A stretch of 64,000 bases of DNA from an uncultured Holophagales bacterium (GCA_963842525.1 CAWJGT010000001.1:640001-704000), one strand, 5' to 3'; positions 10,158 through 24,215 are shown, counted from the stretch's first letter. Translations and numbers: made by a program. The notes: a model not told the origin generated them from the letters alone.

Positions 10158-10487
10158 ATGGAAGAACAACGGCTTTTGGAGCGAATCACAGTAAATCCCG
10201 CGATCTTCGGCGGCAAGCCCATCCTCCGTGGCCGGCGCCTCGCGGTCGAGCACGTCCTCGGGATGCTGGCCGCCGGGGACTCGCCAGAGATCATCCTGGA
10301 GGGATATTCCTGGCTTGAGCCGGAGGACATCCAGGCCTGCCTCGTATACGCTGACGAGCGCATCGAGCCTCTTGCCGCGGCGTGGGCGGGTGCGTTCGGC
10401 CTCGGCGGCGGCATAGTCCGCGCGGAGCGGATCCGGGAGATGAGGAGATCCTGGAGCGGGAGTACAGCGAAGCCAGGGTCCTCGTGA
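10158..10487 (+). CDS. DUF433 antitoxin-like protein (native stop apparently lost)
   Basis: ERITVNPAIFGGKPILRGRRLAVEHVLGMLAAG..LEPEDIQACLVYA. Confidence 0.8.
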   Translation: MEEQRLLERITVNPAIFGGKPILRGRRLAVEHVLGMLAAGDSPEIILEGYSWLEPEDIQACLVYADERIEPLAAAWAGAFGLGGGIVRAERIREMRRSWSGSTAKPGSS

Positions 10488-10685
10488 CCCTGGACAAAGA
10501 CTTCGGAGAGCTGGCGATCGCTCAGGGAAAACCTCACTGCGGAATTCTCCGCCTCGTCAACCTCTCGGCTCTACGGCAGGCTCCAATCTGCATTCACGTG
10601 CTCACGATCCACGGCGAAAATCTGGCGGCTGGCGCCCTCATCACTGCGGAGCCCGGCCGCCTGCGAATCCGGCTTCCCCGGTGGA
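10425..10685 (+). pseudogene. DUF5615 PIN-like toxin lacking its N-terminus
   Basis: DPGDEEIL..RVLVTLDKDFGEL..HCGILRL present; no N-terminal acidic strand or start. Confidence 0.7.
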
Positions 10686-10699
10686 AGTGTTCTTCTTCC

Positions 10700-10756
10700 T
10701 CCCCCTCTCCCGGTGGGCCGGGAGTGCGGATGGGAGAGGGGGCCGGGGGGTGAGGG
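10700..10756. repeat. REP-like palindrome, family A copy 3
   Basis: ccccctctcccgg..gatgggagagggggccggggggtgaggg abutting the gap stop. Confidence 0.8.
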
Positions 10757-10757
10757 C

Positions 10758-11768
10758 TCACATCCCTCCCACCGCGGCCATGCGATCGATCAGATCGACC
10801 ACCCGGTTCGAATAGCCCCATTCGTTGTCGTACCAGGCGATGACCTTGGCATAGCCGTCGCCTGCGGCGCTGGTCGAGAGGGCGTCGAAGACTGACGAAT
10901 GCGGGTTGCCGATGATGTCGGTCGACACGTACGGGACCTCGCTGTACTCGATGATCCTGGCGAGCGGCCCCTCGGCGGCTTCACGGATGGCGGCATTGAT
11001 CGCCGCGGCGTCGGGTTTCTCGCGCAGCCGGCAGACCAGGTCGACGATCGAGCCGTCGGGCACGGGCACGCGCATCGCCATGCCGTCGAGCTTTCCTTTC
11101 AGCTCCGGCAGGACCTTGCCCACGGCGCGGGCCGCGCCCGTGGTCGTCGGGATGATGTTTTCGGCCGCCGCCCGGCTGCGCCGCAGGTCCTTGTGCGGCA
11201 CGTCGGCCAGCCGCTGGTCGTTGGTGTAGGCGTGGACGGTGGTGACGAAGCCCTCCTCGATGCCGAACTTCTCGTGCAGGACCTTGGCGATCGGCGCCAG
11301 GCAGTTGGTCGTGCAGGAGGCGTTCGAGACCAGCTTGTGCTCGGGCTTGAGCTCGTCGTCGTTGACCCCCATCACGATCATGGCGTCGATCTCGTCCTTG
11401 GGCGGCACGGTCAGGATCACTTTCTTGGCGCCGCCCTCCAGGTGCTTGGCGATCGCCTCGCGCTTGGTATGGACGCCGGTCGATTCGATCACGATGTCGG
11501 CCCCGAGCTGGCCCCAGGGGATCTTCGCCGGGTCCTTCTCGGCCGTCATGGCGATCTTCTTGCCGCCGACGTACATGAAGTCGTCGTCGCTCGTCACTTC
11601 CTTTTCGAAGACCCCCATCACGGTGTCGTACTTGAGGAGATAGACGAGCTGCTCGTTCTCGTAGAGGTCGTTGATGCACACGACCTCGATGTCGTCGCGC
11701 TCGGACAGGATGCGGTAGACGCTCCGCCCGATCCGTCCGAACCCGTTGATGCCGACCCGGATCGCCAT
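10758..11768 (-). CDS. gap: Type I glyceraldehyde-3-phosphate dehydrogenase
   Basis: GINGFGRIGR, SNASCTTNCLAP, TTVHAYT, WYDNEWGYS. Confidence 0.97.
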   Translation of the reverse strand: MAIRVGINGFGRIGRSVYRILSERDDIEVVCINDLYENEQLVYLLKYDTVMGVFEKEVTSDDDFMYVGGKKIAMTAEKDPAKIPWGQLGADIVIESTGVHTKREAIAKHLEGGAKKVILTVPPKDEIDAMIVMGVNDDELKPEHKLVSNASCTTNCLAPIAKVLHEKFGIEEGFVTTVHAYTNDQRLADVPHKDLRRSRAAAENIIPTTTGAARAVGKVLPELKGKLDGMAMRVPVPDGSIVDLVCRLREKPDAAAINAAIREAAEGPLARIIEYSEVPYVSTDIIGNPHSSVFDALSTSAAGDGYAKVIAWYDNEWGYSNRVVDLIDRMAAVGGM

Positions 11769-12802
11769 TACGCCACCTCCTTTTTCTGCGCGGCGTGGTC
11801 GATCCCCTCGAGCTTCCGAATGAGGTCCACCAGCCGGTGGGCGTAGCCCCAGCCGTTGTCGAACCAGGACAGGGTCTTCGAGACCTTCTCGCCCAGCACC
11901 ATGGTGGCCAGGCTGTCGAAGGTGCTCGACGCCACGCTGCGGATGATGTCCGACGAGACGATCGGGTCGTCCTCGTACTCGACGATCCCTTTCCAGCGGC
12001 TGCTGGCCGCGGCGGTCCGCACCACCTCGTTGATCGACTCGACGGTCACCGGCCGGTCGTGCCAGCAGACCAGGTCGACCACCGAGCCGTTGGCCACCGG
12101 CACGTTCATGGCGAGGCCGGTGAGCTTGCCGCGGAGCTGCGGCAGCAGGCCCATGACGACCTCGGCCGAGTTGGTCTCCTGCGGGATGATGTTCTCCGCC
12201 GCCGCCCGGCCGCGCCGCGGGTCCTCGGCGGGCACGTCGGCCAGCCGCTGCTGGTTGGTGTAGGCGTGGACGGTCGTCAGGTAGCCGCGGTGGATGCCGA
12301 AGGCGTCGTCGAGGATCTTGAGCACCGGCGCCGCGCAGTGGGCCGTGTTCGAGGCGTTCGAGATGATCCGGTGCTCGGGCCGGAGCTGGTCGTCGTTGAC
12401 CCCCATGACCACGGTGATGTCCGGCGGATCCACGGGCTGCGAGCAGAGGATGACCCGCTTGGCCCCGGCCGCCAGGTGCTTTTCGAGCTCGGCGCGGGTG
12501 CGGAACCGCGAGGTCGCCTCGATCACCGTGTCCACCCCCAGCTCGCCCCAGGGCACGTCGCCCGGCTTTTCGCCCGACAGCATCTTGATCTGGCGCCCTG
12601 CCACGTAGAGGTGGCCGTCGCGCAGGCTCAGCTCGTCCGGGAACCGGCCGAGGATCGTGTCGAAGCGGAGCAGGTAGGCCAGCGCGGCATGGTCTGCGAT
12701 GTCGCTGATCGCCTCGATCCGCGGGTCGCTGCTGTTGTAGAGGATGCGGAAGATGTTCCTCCCCACCCGTCCCAGGCCCATCAGTCCGATATGTGTGGGC
12801 AT
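11768..12802 (-). CDS. GAPDH paralog with catalytic Cys replaced by Asn
   Basis: GLMGLGRVGR, SNASNTAHCAAP, WFDNGWGY; stop overlaps gap start (TAATG). Confidence 0.9.
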   Translation of the reverse strand: MPTHIGLMGLGRVGRNIFRILYNSSDPRIEAISDIADHAALAYLLRFDTILGRFPDELSLRDGHLYVAGRQIKMLSGEKPGDVPWGELGVDTVIEATSRFRTRAELEKHLAAGAKRVILCSQPVDPPDITVVMGVNDDQLRPEHRIISNASNTAHCAAPVLKILDDAFGIHRGYLTTVHAYTNQQRLADVPAEDPRRGRAAAENIIPQETNSAEVVMGLLPQLRGKLTGLAMNVPVANGSVVDLVCWHDRPVTVESINEVVRTAAASSRWKGIVEYEDDPIVSSDIIRSVASSTFDSLATMVLGEKVSKTLSWFDNGWGYAHRLVDLIRKLEGIDHAAQKKEVA

Positions 12803-12930
12803 ATACGGCACCTCCTTCCGACTCGGCGCGGGCTGCCCGTTGCCCCGCAGGAGTCCCAGGCTCAAAGTAACACGATCCGTGCCATGGGGCTCAACCCTGG
12901 TCCGGGCGGGCGCCCCCTGGTGACGCGGGA

Positions 12931-12961
12931 TGACATGGCAGTGCTGCTGGGTGTAGACTCC
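12931..12961 (+). repeat. 31-bp direct repeat, promoter-like (second copy 14041-14071)
   Basis: tgacatggcag.g.tgc.gggtgtagactcc, 3 mismatches between copies; (a/g)TGACA...TAGACT. Confidence 0.65.
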
Positions 12962-12972
12962 AATAGAGACCA

Positions 12973-13392
12973 ATGAATCAAGCGATAGGGCTGGTCACGG
13001 TGGTCGTCCGCGAGTACGACGAGGCTCTTGACTTCTACGTCAAGACGCTTGGGTTCACTCTCGTGGAAGACTCTTTCGTCCCAGAGCAGAACAAGAGGTG
13101 GGTCGTCGTTGCGCCTCCTGGCTCAACGGGAGCCGGGCTGGTTCTCGGGCGCGCCGTTGGGGAGGACCAGGCGTCGCGGATTGGCAGACAGACCGGTGGT
13201 CGAGTCTTCCTGTTCCTCTACACCGACGACTTCTGGCGCGATTTCAATACCTATCGATCCCGGGGCGTCCGCTTCGTCAGGGACCCGGCAGAGCAACCGT
13301 ACGGAACAGTGGCTGTGTTCGAGGATCTATATGGCAATCTCTGGGATCTCGTTCAGTTGCGGAATGGTCAGCCGAGCCGTGGTGGCGCCTAA
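12973..13392 (+). CDS. VOC/glyoxalase family protein
   Basis: YDEALDFYVKTLGF..PYGTVAVFEDLYGNLWDL. Confidence 0.9.
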   Translation: MNQAIGLVTVVVREYDEALDFYVKTLGFTLVEDSFVPEQNKRWVVVAPPGSTGAGLVLGRAVGEDQASRIGRQTGGRVFLFLYTDDFWRDFNTYRSRGVRFVRDPAEQPYGTVAVFEDLYGNLWDLVQLRNGQPSRGGA

Positions 13393-13443
13393 CCATTCGT
13401 TCGAGCGGACGCTCCCAATTCGCGGCGGCGGCGCCCGGTACAC

Positions 13444-14043
13444 ATGAAGTCTCCACTAGGCTTGGCGGCGGCTATCGTCTTCCTCTCGGCACTCCCGATC
13501 GCGGCGCTTTGCGAAGGGATGGTGGAGGGCCGAGGCGGCGAGATCGCAATTCATCTGATGCTCGCATTGGGAGCGGCACTCATGGTACCCGCAGCGTTCG
13601 ATTTTCGGACGCCCCGATGGATCGCCTGGACAGGATCCACGTCCGCGGTGTTCCTGGCCGTCACCTTCCTGCTGCAGGGTGTGAGTCTATGGACGCAAAA
13701 TGATGCGCTGATTCATCTGGCGTATCAAGTCCTGGGCCAACGGATGGAGTCGTTGGCGGGCGATCTGTTTCTCGTATGGTGTATCGCGGTGCTGCTCATG
13801 GTGAGCCGTGGACCGATAAGGGTTGTGGGCGCCGTCGCGCTCGCTCTGGCCGTCGGCATGAGAGTCTACGCGTACTACCTGTCCTCGCTGGGCAGCTCGC
13901 TCAGCGCGAAGGCGCCGGCGCTGCAAGTGCTGGCGCTGTTGCCATTCGTTTGGCTAATGCTGGAAGCGAAGAAGGCAGCCCCTGCTTCCTCCTCGTCTCC
14001 CCCCGGGCCGGCCCGGGATGCCGCCGCCGCGCCCTCGGGGTGA
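13444..14043 (+). CDS. Hypothetical multi-pass membrane protein
   Basis: 199-aa ORF with several hydrophobic segments. Confidence 0.65.
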   Translation: MKSPLGLAAAIVFLSALPIAALCEGMVEGRGGEIAIHLMLALGAALMVPAAFDFRTPRWIAWTGSTSAVFLAVTFLLQGVSLWTQNDALIHLAYQVLGQRMESLAGDLFLVWCIAVLLMVSRGPIRVVGAVALALAVGMRVYAYYLSSLGSSLSAKAPALQVLALLPFVWLMLEAKKAAPASSSSPPGPARDAAAAPSG

Positions 14044-14144
14044 CATGGCAGGGTTGCCGGGTGTAGACTCCCACCGAGGCTGGCGCTGCCGTTCAACTCC
14101 AAGAGCCGTAGGGGTCTCCCGGACGCGACGTGTAGAATGCGCCA

Positions 14145-14435
14145 ATGAGATTCGAATGGGACCCAGAGAAGGCGAGAGAGAACGATCGCAAGCACGGCGT
14201 GTCGTTCGAAGAGGCGGTCTCGGTCTTTTACGACTCTTTAGCCACCACTTTCCCGGATCCGGATCATTCTGTCGGAGAGCTTCGTCTCATCACTTTTGGT
14301 TACTCCGCGCACGACAGACTCCTCGTTGTAGCTCATGCCGAGTGTAAAGGGACAGCTCGAATCATCAGTGCACGACACGCAACCGCACATGAGAGAAAGC
14401 GCTATGAAACCCACAACCCCCGCAGAAGACGATGA
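14145..14435 (+). CDS. brnT: BrnT-family toxin
   Basis: MRFEWDPEKARENDRKHGVSFEEA..RIISARHAT. Confidence 0.9.
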   Translation: MRFEWDPEKARENDRKHGVSFEEAVSVFYDSLATTFPDPDHSVGELRLITFGYSAHDRLLVVAHAECKGTARIISARHATAHERKRYETHNPRRRR

Positions 14436-14667
14436 CCTGCGTCCCGAGTATGACTTCGACTTTTCAAAGGGTGAAAGAGGTCGCTATTTCAAACGCCTCC
14501 TGAAGGAGGGTAGCAACATCGCTGTCCTCGAGCCAGACATCGCCAAGGCCTTTCCGGACTCGGCTTCGGTGAACAAGGCTCTGCGCTCTCTTCTTGAAGT
14601 GGCACGCGCGGCCGCAGGCCCTTCCCGGCGCTCAACGAAAGCGGCTCGCGAGCGGGCCGCCGGTTAG
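14404..14667 (+). CDS. BrnA-like antitoxin
   Basis: DDLRPEYDFDFSKGERGRY..LEPDIAKAFPDSASVNKALR; overlaps brnT. Confidence 0.8.
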   Translation: MKPTTPAEDDDLRPEYDFDFSKGERGRYFKRLLKEGSNIAVLEPDIAKAFPDSASVNKALRSLLEVARAAAGPSRRSTKAARERAAG

Positions 14668-14712
14668 CCTGGCCCAACCGTGGTTTGCGGCGCGCTGAGA
14701 GGGGGACACGTC

Positions 14713-15825
<1,113 letters not shown>

Positions 15826-15868
15826 GCCGCTCCTCTCAATCGGACACCGGAGTGTTAGGCTTGGCGGC

Positions 15869-17978
<2,110 letters not shown>

Positions 17979-18086
17979 TTCAGCGTCCCGGACACCGGCC
18001 CAGCATGGCTGCGGTGTAACATTCGGAATCTTCGCCGCGCCTTAAATGAAGCTGAGGGGTAATCCAGGCGAGGCGCCGCGCAGCCC

Positions 18087-19580
18087 TCAGTTCACCAGAT
18101 CGTCGGCGCGGAGCGCGAAGGACAGATCCTTTGTTTTCGCGAGACAGCTCGCATCCAGACCTTCCAGGCCGCCGGCGGTGACGAAGGCCTGGATGATCTC
18201 CGAGACGCACGGGTCCGTATCGTTGTGTCCCCGGTTGGGCAGGACGAGATGGCGCGCGTTGGTCAGGGACTGCGCCACTCTCTCACCATAGCGCGGCGGG
18301 GTCACATGATCCAGGGCTCCAGACAGGATCAAGGCAGGAGCTTTGGACTGGACCGGCGCTCGGAAGTCTTTCGGCAGCCAGCCGCGCGTCCACTCCCCGC
18401 AAGCGAGGACCTCCCGGCCGAGACGGAATTCGCCCATGAAAGTACCAGCCGTTGCCGCCGGCAGATCGGCCGCGTCAAATTGCGGGATCTCCTCGCTGCA
18501 AACGATCGAGAGATAGATGCCTTTCGGAATCCCGCTCTCTCCACTGGGCGTCAACCTGCGGGCGAGCGATGGATACTCGCCTGCATGGGCGAGGTGGATC
18601 AGCAGGGGCAGGTCGCGGATTCTCTCCGCTGAATACAACGTACTGAAAGCAAAGCCGCGCAGAATCTCGGCATCGATCGGAACCTCCACCTCCAGGCTGG
18701 TCTCCGGCTTGCTCACTTTGACCTTGACCGGCTTCTCGGCGAGGCGTTTCAGAAGCGTGCCGAATTCCTGGGCGAGGTTCGGAAAGGCGTCGTGGCAACG
18801 CGGCTGCCGGGCGCAAGCGGCGAAGGCCTGGTCCAGCGCCTGCTGCGAGGACCGGGGAATCTCGAGCCACGTCGGCACGTCGAAGGGGAGCACGCCCTGC
18901 AGGACGACGGACCGGACGCGTTCCGGATCCTGGCGCAGGTAGACCATCGCCGCCTGGGTCCCATACGACGCGCCGTAGAGATTGAGCCGCGGATAGCCGA
19001 GCCAGTCGCGGACCTCGTCCAGGTCGTCCATCGCCACAGGAGTCGTGTAGTAGCGCAGGTCGGCCTTGCGCTCCAGCTCCTTGCGGCAACGGCGGACCGC
19101 CTCCAGGAAGCGGGCCTCGTCCCGATACTCCGCATTCGCGGGATCCGTAGGCAGCTCGCAGTCCAACGGATTGGAATCCCCGCTCCCCCGCTGATCGATC
19201 AGCAGGATGTCACGGCGCAGCCGCAGATCGGGAAACGCTTGGCTGAAGTAACGGGCGTACCGGGTGGCCGGCGCGACGCCGCCGCCGGCGAGAAAGACCA
19301 GCGGATCGGGCGCCGCATCCGGTGTCTTCGCCGGCAGAACCACAATCTTGAGACCGATCTTCCTTCCCGTTCCGGCGGCGCGATTCTCATAGGCCTCATA
19401 CCGGCCGCACAGGACCTCCTCGTCCACGTCCGGCACGCGGCAGGGCGTCAGCTTGTCGGTCAGGCCGCGCCGCACCTTGGGGTCCGAAGTTGCCGTGGAG
19501 CATCCGACGATGAGCAGTCCGAAGACTGCAAGCGCTCTTCTCACGCGAGCCTCCTCATGCCAGGCAACCCATGCGTTCAC
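18087..19580 (-). CDS. Exported alpha/beta hydrolase (TAP-like peptidase)
   Basis: DQRGSG, GASYG nucleophile elbow, D.VTP, GH; N-terminal signal/lipobox (LLIVGC). Confidence 0.85.
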   Translation of the reverse strand: MNAWVAWHEEARVRRALAVFGLLIVGCSTATSDPKVRRGLTDKLTPCRVPDVDEEVLCGRYEAYENRAAGTGRKIGLKIVVLPAKTPDAAPDPLVFLAGGGVAPATRYARYFSQAFPDLRLRRDILLIDQRGSGDSNPLDCELPTDPANAEYRDEARFLEAVRRCRKELERKADLRYYTTPVAMDDLDEVRDWLGYPRLNLYGASYGTQAAMVYLRQDPERVRSVVLQGVLPFDVPTWLEIPRSSQQALDQAFAACARQPRCHDAFPNLAQEFGTLLKRLAEKPVKVKVSKPETSLEVEVPIDAEILRGFAFSTLYSAERIRDLPLLIHLAHAGEYPSLARRLTPSGESGIPKGIYLSIVCSEEIPQFDAADLPAATAGTFMGEFRLGREVLACGEWTRGWLPKDFRAPVQSKAPALILSGALDHVTPPRYGERVAQSLTNARHLVLPNRGHNDTDPCVSEIIQAFVTAGGLEGLDASCLAKTKDLSFALRADDLVN

Positions 19581-19662
19581 TACGGCCTGATCCCGTTCCG
19601 GGTTACAGGCTTCGGCAAGTGGCCTCGATGAGGACCGGTGAGCCTACCGGTCGGCGGTTAAG

Positions 19663-19823
19663 TGTGCCTGGCGGCGCCCCTTCCCGACCAGCACACGGAG
19701 CTCGCGCGGCTCCTGGCGATCGAGGGCAAGGCCTGGAACCATCCTGTGCTGGTCGGCGACCTCCTGATGGTTCGCAACGGCGAGGAGATGGCCGCATTCC
19801 GGCTGTCCCTTGCGGGCGACTGA
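19663..19823 (+). pseudogene. C-terminal remnant of a PQQ-like beta-propeller protein
   Basis: Hand translation ELARLLAIEGKAWNHPVLVGDLLMVRNGEEMAAFRL, with no upstream ORF. Confidence 0.6.
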
Positions 19824-19882
19824 GGCGCCTTGGACCGAAGAAATGAGGCGAGAGGTCAACCCGGGTATTATGCTCTTGCTGC

Positions 19883-22800
19883 ATGGTCCACTTCATCCGG
19901 TGTCTGATAGCGCTCCTGGCAGGCCTCATACCGCTCGCCGGCTGTGGCCGCAATGAGGCCGACGAGCTTCAGTGGGTACGCGAGGAGATCCGGCGATTAG
20001 GTTATATTCGTCCGATTGAGCCGCGGCTTATCCTCGAAACCGGATGGGCACCCTGTGCTACCGAGCCTCGGAAAGCGGCCGCTGGCGCTGGATGCTCATA
20101 CGAAGCGCTCATCCGTACCGAGCTTCCAACTCGGCGCTGCTCGCCGCTTCCGTCTCAAGCGTCCTCCGGATACCGCCAGCTCGTTAATCTCGCCCGCCGC
20201 CTCGATAGAAGGCCATTGCAGGAACGTAGCGCCGCCTTGGCTGCGCTTCCTCTGTTCATCGAAGCAGATGAGAGCAACACGACGGCTACGATCCTAGCGC
20301 TCAAGGCCTTTGGAAGGCAGCAGGACGCGCTTACCGATCTCTCCGCCGTCTACCTGCACCTCGCCGGCGTTTCCAATCGACCGCATCTTCTCCTAGAGAG
20401 CCTTGAAGCTTCTTCGGAAGTTCTCGTGGGTCGTCCCGATGATCCCCGCGCGCTTTTCAATTGGGCGCTGGGCCTGTCGCAGCTTAACCTCGTCACCACC
20501 GCCCACCACGCCTGGACCACCTATCTAAAGACAAGCTCCTGCGGATGGCTGGGCAATGGACGCGCGGGATCATCTTTCGCGAGTCACGAGCGGCACCTAC
20601 CAGCAAAGGTGGGTCTCGGAGGCAGAGGAGATTCGTAAAGCCGCCCGCGCCGGGGAGAGCTCGAAACTGAAGGCAATCGTCGCGCGTCACCGTCAACGCA
20701 GCCGCGAATGGGCGGAGTACGATCTGCTCACAGAATGGGCCACCAAGGACGGAGAGGCTGCCGGCATGGCGCTGAGGATTGCGGGCTTGGTCGGGACCAC
20801 CCTGACTGAGATCAACGGCGACCGGATGCTCACCGAGGGGATTGCAGCCATCACTGACGCTAAAGATACTCCGAGGCGGCTTGCACTCCTACGAGCCGGT
20901 CACAGCGCTCTGGCGACCGGGTTTGAGGATCTGTACCGTCATTGGCAACTCGAGCGAGCCCGCTATCACTTTCGGCAAGCGCGCGGGACTCTTTCCGACA
21001 GTCCTTACTCGCTGTGGGCGGACTTCTATCTAGCCCTGATCGCTTATTACCAGGGTGACTATAGCCGCGCATCGGCTTCACTTAAAACTTTGGGGGAGCG
21101 TATCGATCGAGAGCATTATCCGGTGCTGGCCGGAAGGGTGCTCTGGGTTAAGGGACTGATAGCCGCCGTTTCCACACATAGCCTGGAAGATTCGGACAAG
21201 CTCTACCGGCAGGCACTGGAAATTTTTTGTGCCAGCGGCGAGGATGAAAACCTTGCGGCCACGCACGCTCTACTTAGCGAGGTCTTGAACAAGCTGGGAC
21301 GTTATGAGGAGAGCTGGCAACATCTTTACAACGCCCTCGCGAAAGTCAATCGGATTTTCGATCCGGTCAAGCACCATATAGTACTCGAAGTAGCAATTCT
21401 CAACGCGCGCCGTCAGGGTCTGAACCGCGTAGGGCTTGCCTTCGCCGAGGAACACCTCCACGTCGCCCACCGCACTGAGAGCGCCCAGATTCTTCATTAC
21501 GCATTCATGCACCGCGCTAGCCTGCGGTATGCCCTGGGCGATCTGCAAGGAGCCCAGGCCGACCTCGAACAGGCGCGTCGCGCGGCAAAAGATCTTGATG
21601 ATCCGAACCTGCGAAAGCGTTCCGCCGCGGACCTCAACCTCGTCAAGGCCGAGATCCACGTCGAATCCGATCCTCGCCGTGCGATCTCCCTGCTGGATCA
21701 AACGATCGGCCAGTACAAGCTGACTAAGTACTCCTACCTCCTTCCTCAGGCATATGGATCCCGCGCCCGGGCCTTTCTCCGTCTCGGCGAGCTGAAGCTT
21801 GCAGAACGGGACCTCAGTCGTCAGATCCACATCTACGAGGAGTCCGCCGATGAGATCCTCCAGGACGTCTTCCGCCTTTCCCTCCTCGACCAGGCAGCGT
21901 CGGCCTTTGACAAGATGATTGAGCTCCAGGCCGCCCAGCCCGGCCGGCAGATTCTTGCCCTGGAGTACTGCGAGAGGGGGCGCTATCGCGCGCTCCTGGA
22001 CGCCTGGACGAGAACCTCGCTGGAGTTGTCCTTCAAGCTTGGAATTGCGCCGGGGACTGGCTTCGATCCCCGCACTCTTCAGGGAAGACTGCCGCAGGAC
22101 GTCGCGATTCTGGAGTTTGCTCTTCTCGACGACCATTTACTGTCGTGGGTTATCACTCGAGCCGACATCACGATGGTGGCGCAGAGGGTGAAGCGTCGAG
22201 ACATGGCCGATCTGATTCTCGAGCTCGACCGCGGCCTCAACAGAGAGCGTAACTCCTCTGTCAGCCGCGAACTGTACGACCTTCTGGTGCGACCCGTTAC
22301 GAAGGAGCTCCGCGGCATTTCACATCTAGTCGTGGTCCCTGACAAAGAACTCTTTCGAGTTCCCTTCGAGGCACTCGTCGATCGGCAGACGGGACGCTTT
22401 CTCATTCAGGGCCGGATGGTCTCCTACGCGCCAAGTGCCTCACTCCACGTTCGCCTGCGGGAGAAGCTGAGCCGCGACCGGAAGGCTCCCCTCGCGCTCA
22501 CCCTCGCCGCGACAGGTGCCGAGAACGGCGGCAACCGGTACGTGTCTCTGCCTGGGGCGGTTGCGGAGGCCCACTCGATCGCGGCTGCCTATCCTCGCGG
22601 GAGTTTGCTTGCGAACCCGAGTAAGGAGGAGTTCCTTGCGGCGTTGAGCCGTAACCAGGTCCTTCACTTCTCGGGGCACGCCGTGCCAGATGTAGAGCGA
22701 CCCTTCGCGTCCAAGCTGGTACTGGCTGACACGCCAGCTGAACACACCGAGGTCTACGCCTACGAGCTCTATGATCGGACGTTTCCCGATCTGAAGCTGG

Positions 22801-23090
22801 TAGTGCTCTCGGCCTGCGGCACGGCAGAGCCCACCAATCCGGCGCTCGGAACGGCGGCGACCCTCGCAGGTCCCTTCCTGGCGGCCGGCGTACTTCAGGT
22901 CATCGGGAGCCAATGGCGGGTCGATGACGCCGCAACCCGCCTCTTCTTTGCCGCCTTCCATCGCCGCGTTGCCAAAGGGGCGGACGCCACAACCGCTCTC
23001 CACGCTACTAAGCTCGAGTTCTTGCACAACGGCAATGCCGACCTCGCGTCTCCGCGTGTGTGGGGCGCCTTCGTGCTCGTGGGCGGATAG
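19883..23090 (+). CDS. Lipoprotein TPR-CHAT (caspase-like) protease (frameshift near 20540)
   Basis: Lipobox LAGC; TPR region; CHAT motifs LVVVPD, HFSGHA, VVLSACGT, SQWRVDD, WGAFVLVG. Confidence 0.85.
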
Positions 23091-23229
23091 GAATCCGGCT
23101 GCGAATTCTCGCCTCAGGTCCGTCCAAGTCTAGCGAAGGACGAGATGTCAGCGTTAAGAGCTGAGGCCGGCCTTTGGCTCCGGCCTGACTTGAACGAACC
23201 GTTCACGACCGTTTGAAAGGAGGCTCGCC

Positions 23230-24215
23230 TTGAGCGAAATCCCGCCTTACAAATTCCACCTGATCTTCAAAGGTCTATTCCGTTGCGTGCCGGACAGACA
23301 GAACAAGCGCTTGAGTGTTCTGCTGGTGGACGCACGCTCCCCGCGAAGGAGCAGCACTGGAGAGCCCCTCCGCGATCATCGCGCGGCGATCGAGTTCCGA
23401 CTCAAAGACTGGCGCAACACTACCATTGAGCGTCTCCGGAATTTTGTCACGGTCAACAAGCGCAACAAAGACGAAGTCGGCATCTTTCTGCTGGAGCGGC
23501 ACGATATCAAGATCGGGCTCAACGACGGTATCTTTTCTCCTGGATTGACTTTCAACGAAAGGGCCGATTCTCCGAAAAGCTTCCTTAAACTCCCAAGAAT
23601 GGAAGATATCTCGCCGGGCTCAGCCCGGATTCACCCCGATGCAATAGCATTCGGTACCAACTGCATCGCCCGCGTGCTTGATCTCGCACATGGCGAGGTG
23701 GGGTCCGAGCGTCCGAGCAAGCGCGGAGAAACCACACTCTCCTGGGCGTTCTCACTCCCGCGGGAGCGCTCGATCCTGCAGGTGCTCAGGACTACGGAGA
23801 GTCCCGAGAAAGATCTTTTGAGCCAAAACTCGCCCGGAACGGGAAGCCGATCAATCTCGATCTCAGAGTCACCTTCGATGTGCCTGGCAGCGCGTCGGTG
23901 ATGATCGATCCAACTAACTTTCCCAACGACCTCCCAAGAGTCAACCCTCCTGCCTTCATATTACGTCCTTTGGACGGAAAGGACCTGGAAGTCTGGGTCA
24001 AGAACCGGGAACTCGATATGATCCTGACCGAATCGGACAAAGAGGGAGACGAGGAGGGCTGTCAGAGCGAGAACGTCGACTTCGACTGGGACCTCCAGTA
24101 CAATCTCAGTGCCGAGACACCAGACAGGCGGATCCCTTACCGAAGCGATGCGCTCAATGGCGATGTAACCGCTGGCGGCTGTGCCTGCGGTGGCTGTTCC
24201 GGTGGCGGACCCTAA
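23230..24215 (+). CDS. Hypothetical protein with Gly/Cys-rich C-terminal tail (frameshift near 23820)
   Basis: TTG start after AGGAGG; ORFs 23230..23901 and 23880..24215 join; ends GDVTAGGCACGGCSGGGP. Confidence 0.65.

Noticed and set aside
11768-12802. Calling the paralog epd (erythrose-4-phosphate dehydrogenase)
   Set aside because: Epd retains the catalytic Cys; this protein does not
15826-15862. attC core GTTAGGC before the sigma54 activator
   Set aside because: Only a 7-mer, with no matching left arm
23880-24215. Standalone RiPP precursor
   Set aside because: The frame is open upstream and joins 23230..23901 via one indel; no modifying enzymes nearby
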